Origin: a virus
Lineage: Duplodnaviria > Caudoviricetes
Reading direction: 5' to 3' (one strand)
DNA length: 64,000 nt
Virus record (IMG/VR): IMGVR_UViG_3300013121_000047
Span: 32,001 to 96,000 of that record
The notes beneath the pieces are model-generated. The model saw only the letters and a list, made by a program, of their open reading frames with translations. It had not been told where the DNA came from and searched no databases. This document shows, piece after piece, positions 27,538-38,053 of the stretch (position 1 is its first letter; every line of letters starts with the position of its first letter). The translations under genes were made by a program, and so were the position numbers.

Positions 27538-30500
27538 TTTTAGACTGTTTTGTTTCTGCGTTTTGTGAAATCTCTATTATTTGATCCATATACTCTTTGA
27601 GTGATTGAATATGCGTTATGACATATATGGTTTTAAACTTTTCTTTTAGCTTATATAAAAGTTTAACAACATTTCCTAGATTATTTTGATCTAAAGCGTC
27701 AAAACCTTCATCAATTATCAAAGAATCTAATTTGGGGAGCGGCGTAAGTTGCATGAGTGCAGCTCTAATAACCAAAGAAGAAATCATTTTTTCCATACCA
27801 GATGCCAATTCTATAATCCTTGTTGATTTTTCATCTTCGATAAAAATGTCTAATGTATTTACTCCGACCTCGGTTTGAAATTTTAGTTTAAAATCGACCA
27901 CATCAGCAAGGTAATCGTTAATCAATTTATTTATTATTGGCAATTGCGAATTTAACAACATTGCAGGAATACCATTTTTTGAAAATGCATCCAGGATTGA
28001 TTCGAGAAGCTTAACTTTTTTAACTAATTCCTCTTTAGTTTTTATAGAAGACTCAATATTTTCGATGGAATTTTCATTTTTTCCTATCTCCAGTATTAAA
28101 GTATTTAGTTTTTGATACAAGTGTTTCTTGGCATTTATTTTTTCGGTTTTTAGCTCATTTATTCCTGATAAAACAAAAAGTTTTTCGCATTTAGTTTTAT
28201 ACTCTTCTTTTTTCTCTTTTAATTCGGTAACATCATTTTCTAATATTGGAATCAGTTTTTCCTTCTTTAACGAAAGTTGCATTTTCAACTCAGAGCTTTT
28301 TTGTTTTAAACTTTTTATTTCATTTTCCAAATTATTTAAATTTTTCTTTTCTTCATTTAAGAGTAAATTAATACTATTAAATAATTCAACTTTTGCCTGT
28401 GCTTCTTCTTCATTAAAACCTAAGCTAAGAATTTCAAATTCAATATCCTTTAAATCAATTTTTGCTTGGTGCGCATCTTTTATATACACACAACTTGGAA
28501 AAGCATCTCCACACGGAACAATTTCTAGTTTTTTAACTACCTTTTTTGAATTTTCTAGATCTTTTTTCAGTAAAGAAATTTTCGCTTTCAAACTAGAAAG
28601 TTTTCTATATTCCTCTTCAAGAAGTGAAAGTTCATTTTTTATAGTTTCTATCTCTTCAATTTTAAGTTGAAAAAGTTCTTCTTTTTGTTTTAAAGTAGTT
28701 TCTTTTGTCTCTAGTAAAATTTTTAGTGTCTCGCAGTTTTTAATTTCAGTTGATAGTTCCAGCTCTTTCTTTGAAAGAAGAGCTGAAGTTGATATTAAGT
28801 TCTGGTGAAAGAAATTATATTCTTTTATATCTGGTAAATTTTCGATTTCTTCTTCTAATAAAGAAATCTGTTCTTCAGTTAGAGATTTTTCATTAAGAAG
28901 ATCTGCTAAAATTTCTTTTGAAGACGACAAATCTTCTTCTGCTTTAATTTTATCATAATTTTTTAATTCTCCCTTTTTCAGTATATTATATTCTTCGCTA
29001 ACAGAAGAATGAAGTTGTTTAAAAATATCTAAATCCAGAAACCGATTTAATAGTTCTTTTCTGGAAGTTGCGCCTGAGTTGATAAATGAATTAATCTGAC
29101 CCTGCGCAGAAAGTGATGTGAATAAAAAGTCGTCTGGTGTACCTATTATATTTCGCAGTACTTTTTCCGTATCTGTTCTTGATATTGAGTTTTCATTTTT
29201 AAGTTCGTATTGCGAACCGTTTCTATCCAATTTAAATAGCTTTAATGAAGTTGCCGCTTTATCTTCTTCTTCCAATTTTCTGTTCTTATTTTTCTGAATC
29301 TGTTTTTCTATTTTTCTTTCTAAGAGATACTTTTGCCCCGAAACATTAAACAATAATCTCATACTTGCATCTTTTTCTCGATTATTTACAACAAATGCAG
29401 ATTTTACAGGGGCTCTATCTGTTACATTATAAAGTGTAAGCGCTAGTGACCCAATTAGCGAAGATTTTCCGATTCGATTTTTTCCGTGAATACCAACTAA
29501 ACCATTTAATTTATTAAAATTAACTTTATTTTCTTTTCCATAAGAAAGAACATTGTCAAATTCATAGCTTTCAAGCTTTATAATTGCATCTCTTACTTGA
29601 TCGGATATCCCAGATAATTTTTCCAAATTTTCTTCAATTATCTTTTTAGCCTGTTCCTTGTCTATAGATTTATAATTCGAAATATTTCTTTCAATAAATT
29701 TCACATATAATTCTTTAATTTTTTCCTTATTTGTTTTTAACTCTTCTTTTGTAATCGATTCGCCTTGCAAATCTACTGAGTCAACAGTCAACAAAATTGA
29801 ATCGTCTATATCTACTGATTTTGCTCCTAGTTTAGTACAGCCAAAAGTTTTCAAAGAAAGTTTGTCATTATCTGATATTCTTGTGTTGCTTTTAATTCTA
29901 AGTTTCCAACCATGGGAAACCTTGTATTTTTGAACTAAAGATAATGTTACCTCTTGTGTTTTTTCCAAACTTTCTTCAAATGAAACCGTAAGAAAAAGGT
30001 AAGGATTAGGCACTTTAACAAATGATTTACTAAAATTTGTTTTCGACTCAATCTCCCAAACAGTGAAACCTTTGTCTAAGGATTCGCCGAAATCAAGCTG
30101 AGATAGACTTCCTGGATAATGAATCTTTCCATTTCTATCCATATCCTGTCGTTTGTGGATATCTCCTAAGAATCCGTAATCCACTACATTGAAAAAACTA
30201 TTGTCGATATCCGCTTCAGTAGAAGCGATCCCGTTTTCATAAACACACCCCAAAACAGAACCATGAAAAACTGCAATGTTAATTTTGTCTTTTTCAATTT
30301 TAGAAGACAATGGTTTCCATCCATCTTGATCAAAAAGAGAATAGAATAGAAAATTTACATTTTCCTTTTTAAAAGACTCTGATTTCTTATGAAGGTGAAG
30401 ATTTTTTTTATTTAAAGCTTTAATGATTGGAGAAATAGCATCTTCTCTTTGGTCATTTTTCAAATTTCCATCGTGATTGCCTAAAATTATATGAGTTTCA

Positions 30501-30715
30501 GCCACTTCTGCTAAAGAATTAAAAAAATCTACAAGTAACGAAATTGACTCTGGTGTAATGTTTTCAGTTTTAGTGTGAAAAATATCACCTGCTAAAACGA
30601 TACAGTCAACATTTTCTTTTTTTATTTTAGAAAAAAAGTTATCTAAAATAATTTTATTTTCATGAATTCTCTCTTTTCCTTGTATGTGAATATCAGCTAA
30701 ATGTGCTATTTTCAT
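27524..30715 (-). CDS. Fused SbcD/Mre11 nuclease - SbcC/Rad50 ATPase (gp47-gp46-like)
   Basis: ADIH, GDIFH, GNHD, HG, GDIH phosphoesterase motifs; GKNRIGKSS Walker A, coiled coil, ASGMEK signature, LIIDEGF Walker B, VITH. Confidence 0.93.
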   Translation of the reverse strand: MKIAHLADIHIQGKERIHENKIILDNFFSKIKKENVDCIVLAGDIFHTKTENITPESISLLVDFFNSLAEVAETHIILGNHDGNLKNDQREDAISPIIKALNKKNLHLHKKSESFKKENVNFLFYSLFDQDGWKPLSSKIEKDKINIAVFHGSVLGCVYENGIASTEADIDNSFFNVVDYGFLGDIHKRQDMDRNGKIHYPGSLSQLDFGESLDKGFTVWEIESKTNFSKSFVKVPNPYLFLTVSFEESLEKTQEVTLSLVQKYKVSHGWKLRIKSNTRISDNDKLSLKTFGCTKLGAKSVDIDDSILLTVDSVDLQGESITKEELKTNKEKIKELYVKFIERNISNYKSIDKEQAKKIIEENLEKLSGISDQVRDAIIKLESYEFDNVLSYGKENKVNFNKLNGLVGIHGKNRIGKSSLIGSLALTLYNVTDRAPVKSAFVVNNREKDASMRLLFNVSGQKYLLERKIEKQIQKNKNRKLEEEDKAATSLKLFKLDRNGSQYELKNENSISRTDTEKVLRNIIGTPDDFLFTSLSAQGQINSFINSGATSRKELLNRFLDLDIFKQLHSSVSEEYNILKKGELKNYDKIKAEEDLSSSKEILADLLNEKSLTEEQISLLEEEIENLPDIKEYNFFHQNLISTSALLSKKELELSTEIKNCETLKILLETKETTLKQKEELFQLKIEEIETIKNELSLLEEEYRKLSSLKAKISLLKKDLENSKKVVKKLEIVPCGDAFPSCVYIKDAHQAKIDLKDIEFEILSLGFNEEEAQAKVELFNSINLLLNEEKKNLNNLENEIKSLKQKSSELKMQLSLKKEKLIPILENDVTELKEKKEEYKTKCEKLFVLSGINELKTEKINAKKHLYQKLNTLILEIGKNENSIENIESSIKTKEELVKKVKLLESILDAFSKNGIPAMLLNSQLPIINKLINDYLADVVDFKLKFQTEVGVNTLDIFIEDEKSTRIIELASGMEKMISSLVIRAALMQLTPLPKLDSLIIDEGFDALDQNNLGNVVKLLYKLKEKFKTIYVITHIQSLKEYMDQIIEISQNAETKQSKIDYH

Positions 30716-31785
30716 GTTAGTTTTTCTAAAAGTCTTTCTTTTTTTGTTTTTGGATACCAGACAAATTCTTCTACAAATTCAAGTTTATTTTGAATACCTA
30801 ATTCCTGTAATTCCGCATAATCTTTTGCGTTATCATGTTTTATATTTGCTATAATAATTTTTGTACCAAAATCTCGAAGAATACTCAAGTTTTGAGCAAT
30901 TGTATTATATTTTTTTACTTCATTTTTATCCAACGATATTCTTAATATCTCAGGTTTAAATTCAAATAACCATTCACTTAACTTAGAAGTATTCTCTAAA
31001 CTTGAACCAAGAATAGGTATTGTATTTTTATATGGACTACAAATATAATCGAAGGGTCCTTCGACAAGAGTAATTTCTTTTAAAGAAGTGTCAATAAAGC
31101 CATGATTAAATATAATTTTTTTAGCAATAGAAGAATTTGTATACTTGGATTTCAAATCCGAGTCAACAAATAATCTGGCCGTGTAAAAATCAAATTCAAG
31201 ATCGCTATTAATCGAAGGAAATATAATCCTATTTTCCAATAGGAATTTTTCTTTATAATTTTTATACGAATAAAGAATTGATATGTTGTTATCCCATACT
31301 TGTTGTTCAGTCAATTTTCTTTTTTCAAACAAATATTTATTTGCTTTCACAAAAATATTTTTATAGATTGGATTTGTTGGCATTTTTAAAGCTAAAGATA
31401 TTTGTTCTGGTAAGCAGAATTTATTTTCTATCTGAGGTTTATTACCTAAAATAATAGACTCTATTTTTTCTTGAAAAGAAGAACCTGTAATAAAATCTTG
31501 ATTTAAGATTTTTGTTTTATCTTGAAATTTTTCAATATATTCTTTTAATAAAGATTTCTTATAATTATAAATAAGCTTAAATAAATTTCTACTTTTATAA
31601 CCACAAACCCAGCAATGTAAAGCAAAATCAGTTGTTCTTATAACAAGTTTCTTTTTATCATAAGAAAATCCTTTTTTCTCTTTGCATATTGGACAAACCA
31701 CACTAACATTTAATCCAGCATTTGAAGTTTGACAGTCTCCAAAACACCTTTCCAAAAAGTCCAATGTTTCAAGTTTCGAAGGCAT
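30712..31785 (-). CDS. DnaG/gp61-like primase
   Basis: CPIC...HCWVC zinc finger, RIIFPS, SKY, VEGPFD TOPRIM, KDYAE. Confidence 0.8.
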   Translation of the reverse strand: MPSKLETLDFLERCFGDCQTSNAGLNVSVVCPICKEKKGFSYDKKKLVIRTTDFALHCWVCGYKSRNLFKLIYNYKKSLLKEYIEKFQDKTKILNQDFITGSSFQEKIESIILGNKPQIENKFCLPEQISLALKMPTNPIYKNIFVKANKYLFEKRKLTEQQVWDNNISILYSYKNYKEKFLLENRIIFPSINSDLEFDFYTARLFVDSDLKSKYTNSSIAKKIIFNHGFIDTSLKEITLVEGPFDYICSPYKNTIPILGSSLENTSKLSEWLFEFKPEILRISLDKNEVKKYNTIAQNLSILRDFGTKIIIANIKHDNAKDYAELQELGIQNKLEFVEEFVWYPKTKKERLLEKLT

Positions 31786-31827
31786 GGCTAAAATAGATAG
31801 CCAACATATTAGCCATTGGCAACCAGT

Positions 31828-32085
31828 TTAAATTTTCTTAGCGCCTTTACCCTGCACGATGTGGTAGTAACTTGCCCTAGTTTTTCTTTTTAAAGGAGAA
31901 TGATTTAATTTTTCTGATGAAAGATTCAGCTGAAATTCATTGTTTACGACTTTCGTTTCCCAATATATTGCGACATAGCCTTCATACTTTTCATCAAAAT
32001 ATAGGTCAGCAAGAAGTTCATCAATCCCTTTTTCAAGTTGCATACTAAATGTAATAGAAAATTTTTCTAATTTTGATTTTTCCAT
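31828..32085 (-). CDS. Hypothetical protein
   Basis: Probable start MEKSKL inside ORF 31828..32121. Confidence 0.5.
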   Translation of the reverse strand: MEKSKLEKFSITFSMQLEKGIDELLADLYFDEKYEGYVAIYWETKVVNNEFQLNLSSEKLNHSPLKRKTRASYYHIVQGKGAKKI

Positions 32086-32089
32086 TTTT

Positions 32090-32686
32090 TTATTTACCAC
32101 CTTTCGCAATAACATAAGCATCTATCATATCTTTTGCATGTTCTTCATATACTTCTTTTCCTTTATTTGGTCCTGCTCTTAAAATTTTCTTAGGCAGAAA
32201 ATGTAAAACTTCTTTTTGTGAAGCTAAAACAAAATCAAAAACTTGTTCTTTTATCTTTTTTGGTTTCATTTGCGATTGTTTATTTACCTTTTCCGCTTTA
32301 AATCCAATATTTTTTCTTGCATGTGAAACCTGAACTTCTTTTATTTTTGCATTTGGAAATTTTTTCCAAATAGATAAACATATCATTGCATTCATTTTGG
32401 CTAAAGTGAAGAGAGTGTGAGCAGTTGTCGCATGTGAAGCGAAAGCTTTGGCATTTGCTTCAACTCGAAATTCTTTAATTTCATATTGATTTATATTGCT
32501 AATTTTTTCCAACTCTTTTTCAAAGAAAGTAATTTTGTTAAAAAAATTTTCATAGGTTTCTAACTTTTCTTTTGTGAATTTTATTGCCTGTAATAATATT
32601 AATTTCATATCAGAATCGAAAAAAGAAATTCCAACTACGCTTGAGGAAATATCTAGACCAACAATTACTTCTTTTTTTGTGAACAT
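32090..32686 (-). CDS. RuvC-like Holliday junction resolvase
   Basis: VGLDISSSVVG, RVE, KEQV, DMIDAYVIA. Confidence 0.8.
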   Translation of the reverse strand: MFTKKEVIVGLDISSSVVGISFFDSDMKLILLQAIKFTKEKLETYENFFNKITFFEKELEKISNINQYEIKEFRVEANAKAFASHATTAHTLFTLAKMNAMICLSIWKKFPNAKIKEVQVSHARKNIGFKAEKVNKQSQMKPKKIKEQVFDFVLASQKEVLHFLPKKILRAGPNKGKEVYEEHAKDMIDAYVIAKGGK

Positions 32687-33198
32687 TTTTTATACAACTT
32701 TAAAAGTAATTCTTGTCTACTCTGAACGGGTTTGTCAGTCTTCGCTACTTTCTTTTTTTTAATGGGTGCTTTTGTTTTTTTAAATTGATCTTTTTCCTTC
32801 AAGCTAACCCCAAGTTTTTTCTTATATGCGTCAATATCTTTTTTAGTCCAAATTTCATATACTGTATTTTCTAAATTGTTTTTTATATATTGTTTGGCTG
32901 CCAAAGCTTTAGTTTCAACAATTTTAGTTTTAACCCTATCGTCTCTTTTTATTTCAATAATCTTTTTATCCCCATTAGAAAAATGAACAACAAAATCAGG
33001 TAAATAAATTTTAACTTTTTTTCTTTTTTTATTTGAAATGTATGGTATTCTGAGCGACTCATACTCTACTTTGGTAATTAAGCTATCTTCTTCAAACAAT
33101 AAAGCAACATCGCGTTCCCATCCACTTCGATAATTTATTTCGCTGTTGCATTTGGAGATTATTATTTTTCCTTGATAATACCATTTTTTTCTAGCCAT
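32665..33198 (-). CDS. TnsA-N/T4 gp4-like PD-(D/E)xK nuclease (head completion)
   Basis: YRSGWE, YESLRIPY, YLPDF, IEIK. Confidence 0.85.
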   Translation of the reverse strand: MARKKWYYQGKIIISKCNSEINYRSGWERDVALLFEEDSLITKVEYESLRIPYISNKKRKKVKIYLPDFVVHFSNGDKKIIEIKRDDRVKTKIVETKALAAKQYIKNNLENTVYEIWTKKDIDAYKKKLGVSLKEKDQFKKTKAPIKKKKVAKTDKPVQSRQELLLKLYKKCSQKKK

Positions 33199-33226
33199 TG
33201 ATTATATCTCTGCTAGTCTATAAGTA

Positions 33227-33718
33227 CTAATCATTATTTTCTAGGATTTGGGTCACTACACTAAGAGGGGTTGGGGGAGAGGGATTAGTTTCATACTTCT
33301 CTATGGAAGTAATCATAGAGTCTTTGAAGAAGTTAATAGATCTAAACCAATCAACATCTAGAAATGATAGATACTCTATTTCTATCTCCTTTGGAAGACT
33401 AAAGGATTTTACTCGAAATAACATGGTATTATTAATAGTGACCTTTTCCCACATTGAGGATTTTCTAAATCCCTCCCATTTTTCTAAAGCTTTTGGCATT
33501 ATAAATTCGGTATCTTTTATCAGATACCGACCACTAAGAAAGAGTGATAATAAGAGATACAACTCCTCCCCAAATCCACTTCCAATAGACGCAACTCGTT
33601 TAACTTCGAATGCTTTATAAGCAGCATTGTACCTTGAATGTATCATACCAATAATGTCATTATTTAGTAAAATTACTAAACCAGAAACCTTTTCTTTTTT
33701 ATAAACTTTAATTTTCAT
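33227..33718 (-). CDS. Hypothetical protein, possible GNAT-like fold
   Basis: EVKRVAS..GSGFGEELY...PKALEKW resembles the GNAT motif A/B layout. Confidence 0.4.
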   Translation of the reverse strand: MKIKVYKKEKVSGLVILLNNDIIGMIHSRYNAAYKAFEVKRVASIGSGFGEELYLLLSLFLSGRYLIKDTEFIMPKALEKWEGFRKSSMWEKVTINNTMLFRVKSFSLPKEIEIEYLSFLDVDWFRSINFFKDSMITSIEKYETNPSPPTPLSVVTQILENND

Positions 33719-33719
33719 G

Positions 33720-36050
33720 TTAGAATGTCAGTTGAACTTTGTACAAAATAGCATCGCCAGTTTTTTTAATATTTGGTTGCGCTAGCGTAGCTCGACTAAC
33801 AACATTTAAATTATCATCATGTAATAATACCTCACCTATTAGAGTATATTGTGTGTCGTGTTCGTTTTTATTTGAGGTTGCTTTGAGTGCGCTTGACCAG
33901 GAATTATTGCTTGACGATGTATGCTCTAGTGGTCTAGCATAACAATCAATCGTGGTTGTGTAAATGCTAGAGTTTCCCTTGAACGTTATTTTGTACTGCG
34001 ATGCTCCCAACCAGAACAATGTAGGATTTTTAATTAGCACGACTCCTTCGTTGTAGAATATATTCCCGACTGAGTTCCAAGTAGCATTATTTTCGATTGA
34101 GTTTGCTCGATATAAATTTCCTCTACCATCATCTTTCAGAGTTATTGTCACCTTTTGATCTGAGCCTGAAATAGCAGAATCTGTCAATGTAAACGTATTA
34201 GGTTCGATTCTTGTTCCGTAAAACAAGTTTGAAATTTCAAAAATCTTTATATTATTTGAAGAAGGATCTCTAGTTTTTTGCAGAATAGATGGAACAACTA
34301 AAGGGGTTTCATTTAGTGAACTTGTTATTGTCGGATCTGGGCCAACTATTCTATATCCAATAGATGATGTTAAACCATTGTATTGTATGGAAGGTATCCA
34401 CGAAGAAGATATAACTTCTGATAAGTTCACATAGCTGTAATCAGAAGTTATATCATTTCTAAAAAATGAACTTGATAAAGATTCTAACCAAGCAAAATTT
34501 GGAATAAATTTTCCATTATCATTTGGTAAAATTGTTAAATTTCTTTTTAATGCAGACTCAGACAAATATAAAAGCGAATTTGCTGTGGCTGCCGTTGCCG
34601 CAACAATTAAAATTTTAGGAGATAAACCATATAATCTTGGGTATTTGCCTAAAACTAGTTCTCTGGTATGATTTTCTAAATTGATTAAATGTCCACCAAC
34701 CTCAAAAGCAAATTCGGCGCTAAAAGGAGAGTAAGTAGTCCCAGAACGATTATAAAATGGCGTAACTATAATACCGCCATCAAATCCACTTTTGTTTCTA
34801 TATGGACTTTCTTCAGTGAAAAATGGCGGAACATAGAACAATAAACCATCTTCGGTAGTGGATGGCCCAGCGTTGTAAAGATTTTCAATTTCCGTTGTCG
34901 TTAAATATTTGTTAAAAATTTTAATATCATGCAGTTCTGCGTTTAAAGGAAACCTAAAATTAGAAGAAGATGGTTCAGTAAAACCAGAATCGGAATTTAA
35001 TACAACTAAACCATCTTGATATCCTGTATCGTAACCAAAAAATCTAGATGTTCCATTTGATCCACTATTGATTCCTTCATAGTAATTTCCAATAAACAGA
35101 CAATTTGGTCCATCTTGACTAGCAGAGATATAATAGTTTAAGCTAGAAGAAGGTATTACAAATGTACTATCTAAAACGTTATCAATAAGAATTGATCCAC
35201 TTCCTAAACTATATTCAGATGTTCCCCAACGAATTGTAATATTATGCCACGTATCTTTTGATAACGAATTGTCTGAGGTAAACACACAAGTTGTTCCATT
35301 TTCTACAACTTCCGATGGAACCAAACAGGCTTGCTGTTCTAATTGTAAAATAATTCTAAATTTGTCAACATTTCCATTAATGTCTTTACTGGAGCCTGTC
35401 GCTAGAGAAATAGCAATTGCTCCTGAGAAATGTAAAATAGTTCCTGGTTTGTCAAATGCGTAGCGCGGGTTTATCCAAAAATTATAACTAAAAGAGCCTG
35501 TTGGGAAATAAGAAGATGAAAGAATATTTGAACCTGATAATGTTAATTCATTTGGATATATTACAACAGATGAAGTATTAAAATAAGACGAGCTAAAAAA
35601 ATTTAGCGTATTATAATTTGTGTATGCAAAATGAGCTGTTGGATATTCTGGTTTGTAGAAATGATTATAAAGAGAAGATTTAATCATATTTTTTTTATCA
35701 TACTCAATTCCATCTCCGAAATGGGGTGTGTATGACAATATTTCAATCTTTTGTTGATATTTTTGGTTTTGTGGAAGCTCAAAAATATGTTGAATATATG
35801 AGTTTATATATTCACTTTTATTTAAACTAGTTGACGCTTTTGCACGTTTGAGTATGTCATTAATTGAATTAACAGAGCTATTAAATCCAAGTGACTGAGT
35901 TAGATTTACTTTTTCCCTAGAACTTCGTTGATTAAATACATATTTCGAACCAGTTGGACCACTAACCGAAGATGAAATATATGTCACATTTGGATTCAAA
36001 ACTGTCTCGATAATCGAAACATCTTCTTTGTTAATTTTTATGAAACTCAT
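33720..36050 (-). CDS. Baseplate/tail structural protein with LamG-like domain
   Basis: FSYNFWINP, DTWHNITIRW, LFIG, LHDIKIFN; C-terminal IGEVLLHDDNLNVV...AQP motif. Confidence 0.75.
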   Translation of the reverse strand: MSFIKINKEDVSIIETVLNPNVTYISSSVSGPTGSKYVFNQRSSREKVNLTQSLGFNSSVNSINDILKRAKASTSLNKSEYINSYIQHIFELPQNQKYQQKIEILSYTPHFGDGIEYDKKNMIKSSLYNHFYKPEYPTAHFAYTNYNTLNFFSSSYFNTSSVVIYPNELTLSGSNILSSSYFPTGSFSYNFWINPRYAFDKPGTILHFSGAIAISLATGSSKDINGNVDKFRIILQLEQQACLVPSEVVENGTTCVFTSDNSLSKDTWHNITIRWGTSEYSLGSGSILIDNVLDSTFVIPSSSLNYYISASQDGPNCLFIGNYYEGINSGSNGTSRFFGYDTGYQDGLVVLNSDSGFTEPSSSNFRFPLNAELHDIKIFNKYLTTTEIENLYNAGPSTTEDGLLFYVPPFFTEESPYRNKSGFDGGIIVTPFYNRSGTTYSPFSAEFAFEVGGHLINLENHTRELVLGKYPRLYGLSPKILIVAATAATANSLLYLSESALKRNLTILPNDNGKFIPNFAWLESLSSSFFRNDITSDYSYVNLSEVISSSWIPSIQYNGLTSSIGYRIVGPDPTITSSLNETPLVVPSILQKTRDPSSNNIKIFEISNLFYGTRIEPNTFTLTDSAISGSDQKVTITLKDDGRGNLYRANSIENNATWNSVGNIFYNEGVVLIKNPTLFWLGASQYKITFKGNSSIYTTTIDCYARPLEHTSSSNNSWSSALKATSNKNEHDTQYTLIGEVLLHDDNLNVVSRATLAQPNIKKTGDAILYKVQLTF

Positions 36051-36118
36051 TGCACTTAAATATCAATTAAATATATTTGGTATATTATTGAACATATAGA
36101 ATACCAAAATATAATAAA

Positions 36119-37261
36119 TTAATAATCTATTCTAGCTGTAAGCTGCATACTTCTTGTCGCGTCTTTGTAAACTGGTCGGTTTGTTTTACCAATTGCCAAC
36201 AAGTTATTGTTTGCGTCATAAAATCCAACTGAAGTAAACATTACGAATGATTTTTGAATATCTTCTTGTCCTTGTTCGATAACAACAATTTTTCCATTTG
36301 AATCAACATAAGATGGATTTGAGGAATAGTTGAAATTACGATATGGAAGTTGGACTGTTATATATGATGTATTCAACAGTGTTTGGTTTTGGAAAGCTAA
36401 TGCCGTGCCAGACGACGACCCAAAACGAGTTGAGGCAACGTGATCGATAAAATCGTCAACCGACGCACTAACCATCAACTGATTAAAAGTTCCAGAAAAA
36501 CTATTAGAACCCCCAGCTGCTACTGAATCAATTGTCCCAGATATAGATTCCGTAACATTGAAAATTCTCTGTGTATCTAAAACAACAATACCGCTATCTA
36601 GATACAGTAATCCTACTGGATAACTTGTGTTGCTACTATCTACGATTGTGGAATATGCTCCACCAAATCCAAATTCTTGATTTGTTGACGATCCTACATC
36701 TGAATATATTTTTTCACCAGATGCCGCCCCACTTATATAATTTGAGGAAGTTAAAAATTTTATTACAAAAGTTTCACGCTTAAATCTGTCTCTATGAAAC
36801 AAACGTTTAAATGCCAAAAATAGAGGTTCTCGAATTGTTATTGTGGAAGCTCCACTTACCACACTGAATTCTGAGTCTGCATTCCCAAGTAATTTTTGAG
36901 CCATTTGTCGGTATCTATCGATTTTTTCTCTCATCATAAGTGACTGAGATGGAAAATATAGCTGACCAGTTGTAGTATCTGTATAAACAAGAGAGCTTGT
37001 TACAAGCGCTGAACTTACAGCTAATCCAAATGTTATATCAAATGTTGGGTTTGCAGTTGGTAATGTAAAATCTTGGTCATAAACTGTTTGATATAAACTA
37101 GAAGTCACTCCACTTGAACTTAAAGCACTTGTGACATAGTGTTGATATTTCCTTCTAGAACTTGAAGAAGAAATATCCGACTCTATGAAGTCAATGATCA
37201 TATCAAGTCCATCTGTTGCTGACGTAAAGTCTGAATTTGCTATCTCTTGAAATATTGGCAT
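36119..37261 (-). CDS. Baseplate/tail structural protein
   Basis: VGLLYLDSGIVVL, FNYSSNPSY, TSVGFYDANNNLLAIGKTNRP; paralogous C-terminus to 33720..36050. Confidence 0.75.
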   Translation of the reverse strand: MPIFQEIANSDFTSATDGLDMIIDFIESDISSSSSRRKYQHYVTSALSSSGVTSSLYQTVYDQDFTLPTANPTFDITFGLAVSSALVTSSLVYTDTTTGQLYFPSQSLMMREKIDRYRQMAQKLLGNADSEFSVVSGASTITIREPLFLAFKRLFHRDRFKRETFVIKFLTSSNYISGAASGEKIYSDVGSSTNQEFGFGGAYSTIVDSSNTSYPVGLLYLDSGIVVLDTQRIFNVTESISGTIDSVAAGGSNSFSGTFNQLMVSASVDDFIDHVASTRFGSSSGTALAFQNQTLLNTSYITVQLPYRNFNYSSNPSYVDSNGKIVVIEQGQEDIQKSFVMFTSVGFYDANNNLLAIGKTNRPVYKDATRSMQLTARIDY

Positions 37262-37299
37262 TGTTTATTACTCTGTTAATTATTCTATTTATTATTTTA

Positions 37300-38013
37300 T
37301 TAGCTTGTTTTGGAGATTTGAACTTGAAATTGTTTTGTTGCCCCTGATGCTGTGCCTGTAATGGTTACGTATGTGTTAATAATATTTTTATTATTAATCG
37401 CCCCATAGATTGTAAAATTAGACTCTGGGATACTGTTTACTCCAAGGGTAAATGTTAATTTGGTTCCACCAAGAGAGTTTTCGCCAGCGTCGCGATCGAG
37501 CAAATATCCCGCACGTCTTAAACCATCGATATTATCTGGTCTCCTTCCGACTATGTTTAAAAATCTAGAGTCTAAAGAAATTAAAAATGTTTGATCTCTT
37601 AATTCTGGATCTATTGCTGTTTCTTCTTGAATAGTTTGTTCCAAACTAATTGTTCTTGTTTTTGTAGAGACATTTCCAATGCTAAGAATTTCTGAGTTTG
37701 AATCAAACCCTATCCCCTGTAAAGTTACAATTGGAAGTCTTAGTAAATTTGGATTTGAAATCGATAAACATTTAAATTTTTGAGCGTAAGTCCCATTTGC
37801 CACTCCTTCAAAAACAGGTGTATTTTTTTCTATTTTTTCGACACCTACAGTCCGCCCATATTTTTGAACTAATGAATAATCTACTTCATCGTCCCCAATT
37901 GCAATTTTTGAAATATTAAAAGAACCATCCGCTCTAGAAATAAGTTCTCTTCCTTTAATGGTTAAAACCACATCTAAACTAATATTTGTTGTTGTTGAGT
38001 CTATAATGCCCAT
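37300..38013 (-). CDS. Baseplate/tail structural protein
   Basis: LDVVLTIKGRELI...KIAIGDDEVDY, similar to the tail-collar N-terminal motif. Confidence 0.7.
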   Translation of the reverse strand: MGIIDSTTTNISLDVVLTIKGRELISRADGSFNISKIAIGDDEVDYSLVQKYGRTVGVEKIEKNTPVFEGVANGTYAQKFKCLSISNPNLLRLPIVTLQGIGFDSNSEILSIGNVSTKTRTISLEQTIQEETAIDPELRDQTFLISLDSRFLNIVGRRPDNIDGLRRAGYLLDRDAGENSLGGTKLTFTLGVNSIPESNFTIYGAINNKNIINTYVTITGTASGATKQFQVQISKTS

Positions 38014-38053
38014 ATTGTTTTCTTAAGATAATTAATACTTATTATTATTTACA

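Noticed and set aside
28128-28670. 180 aa Phe/Ser-rich + strand ORF
   Set aside because: Antisense shadow of the Lys/Glu-rich Rad50 coiled coil
32665-33198. Tn7-like transposon from the TnsA-like motif
   Set aside because: No TnsB/TnsC or terminal repeats; this nuclease family is normal in myovirus head modules
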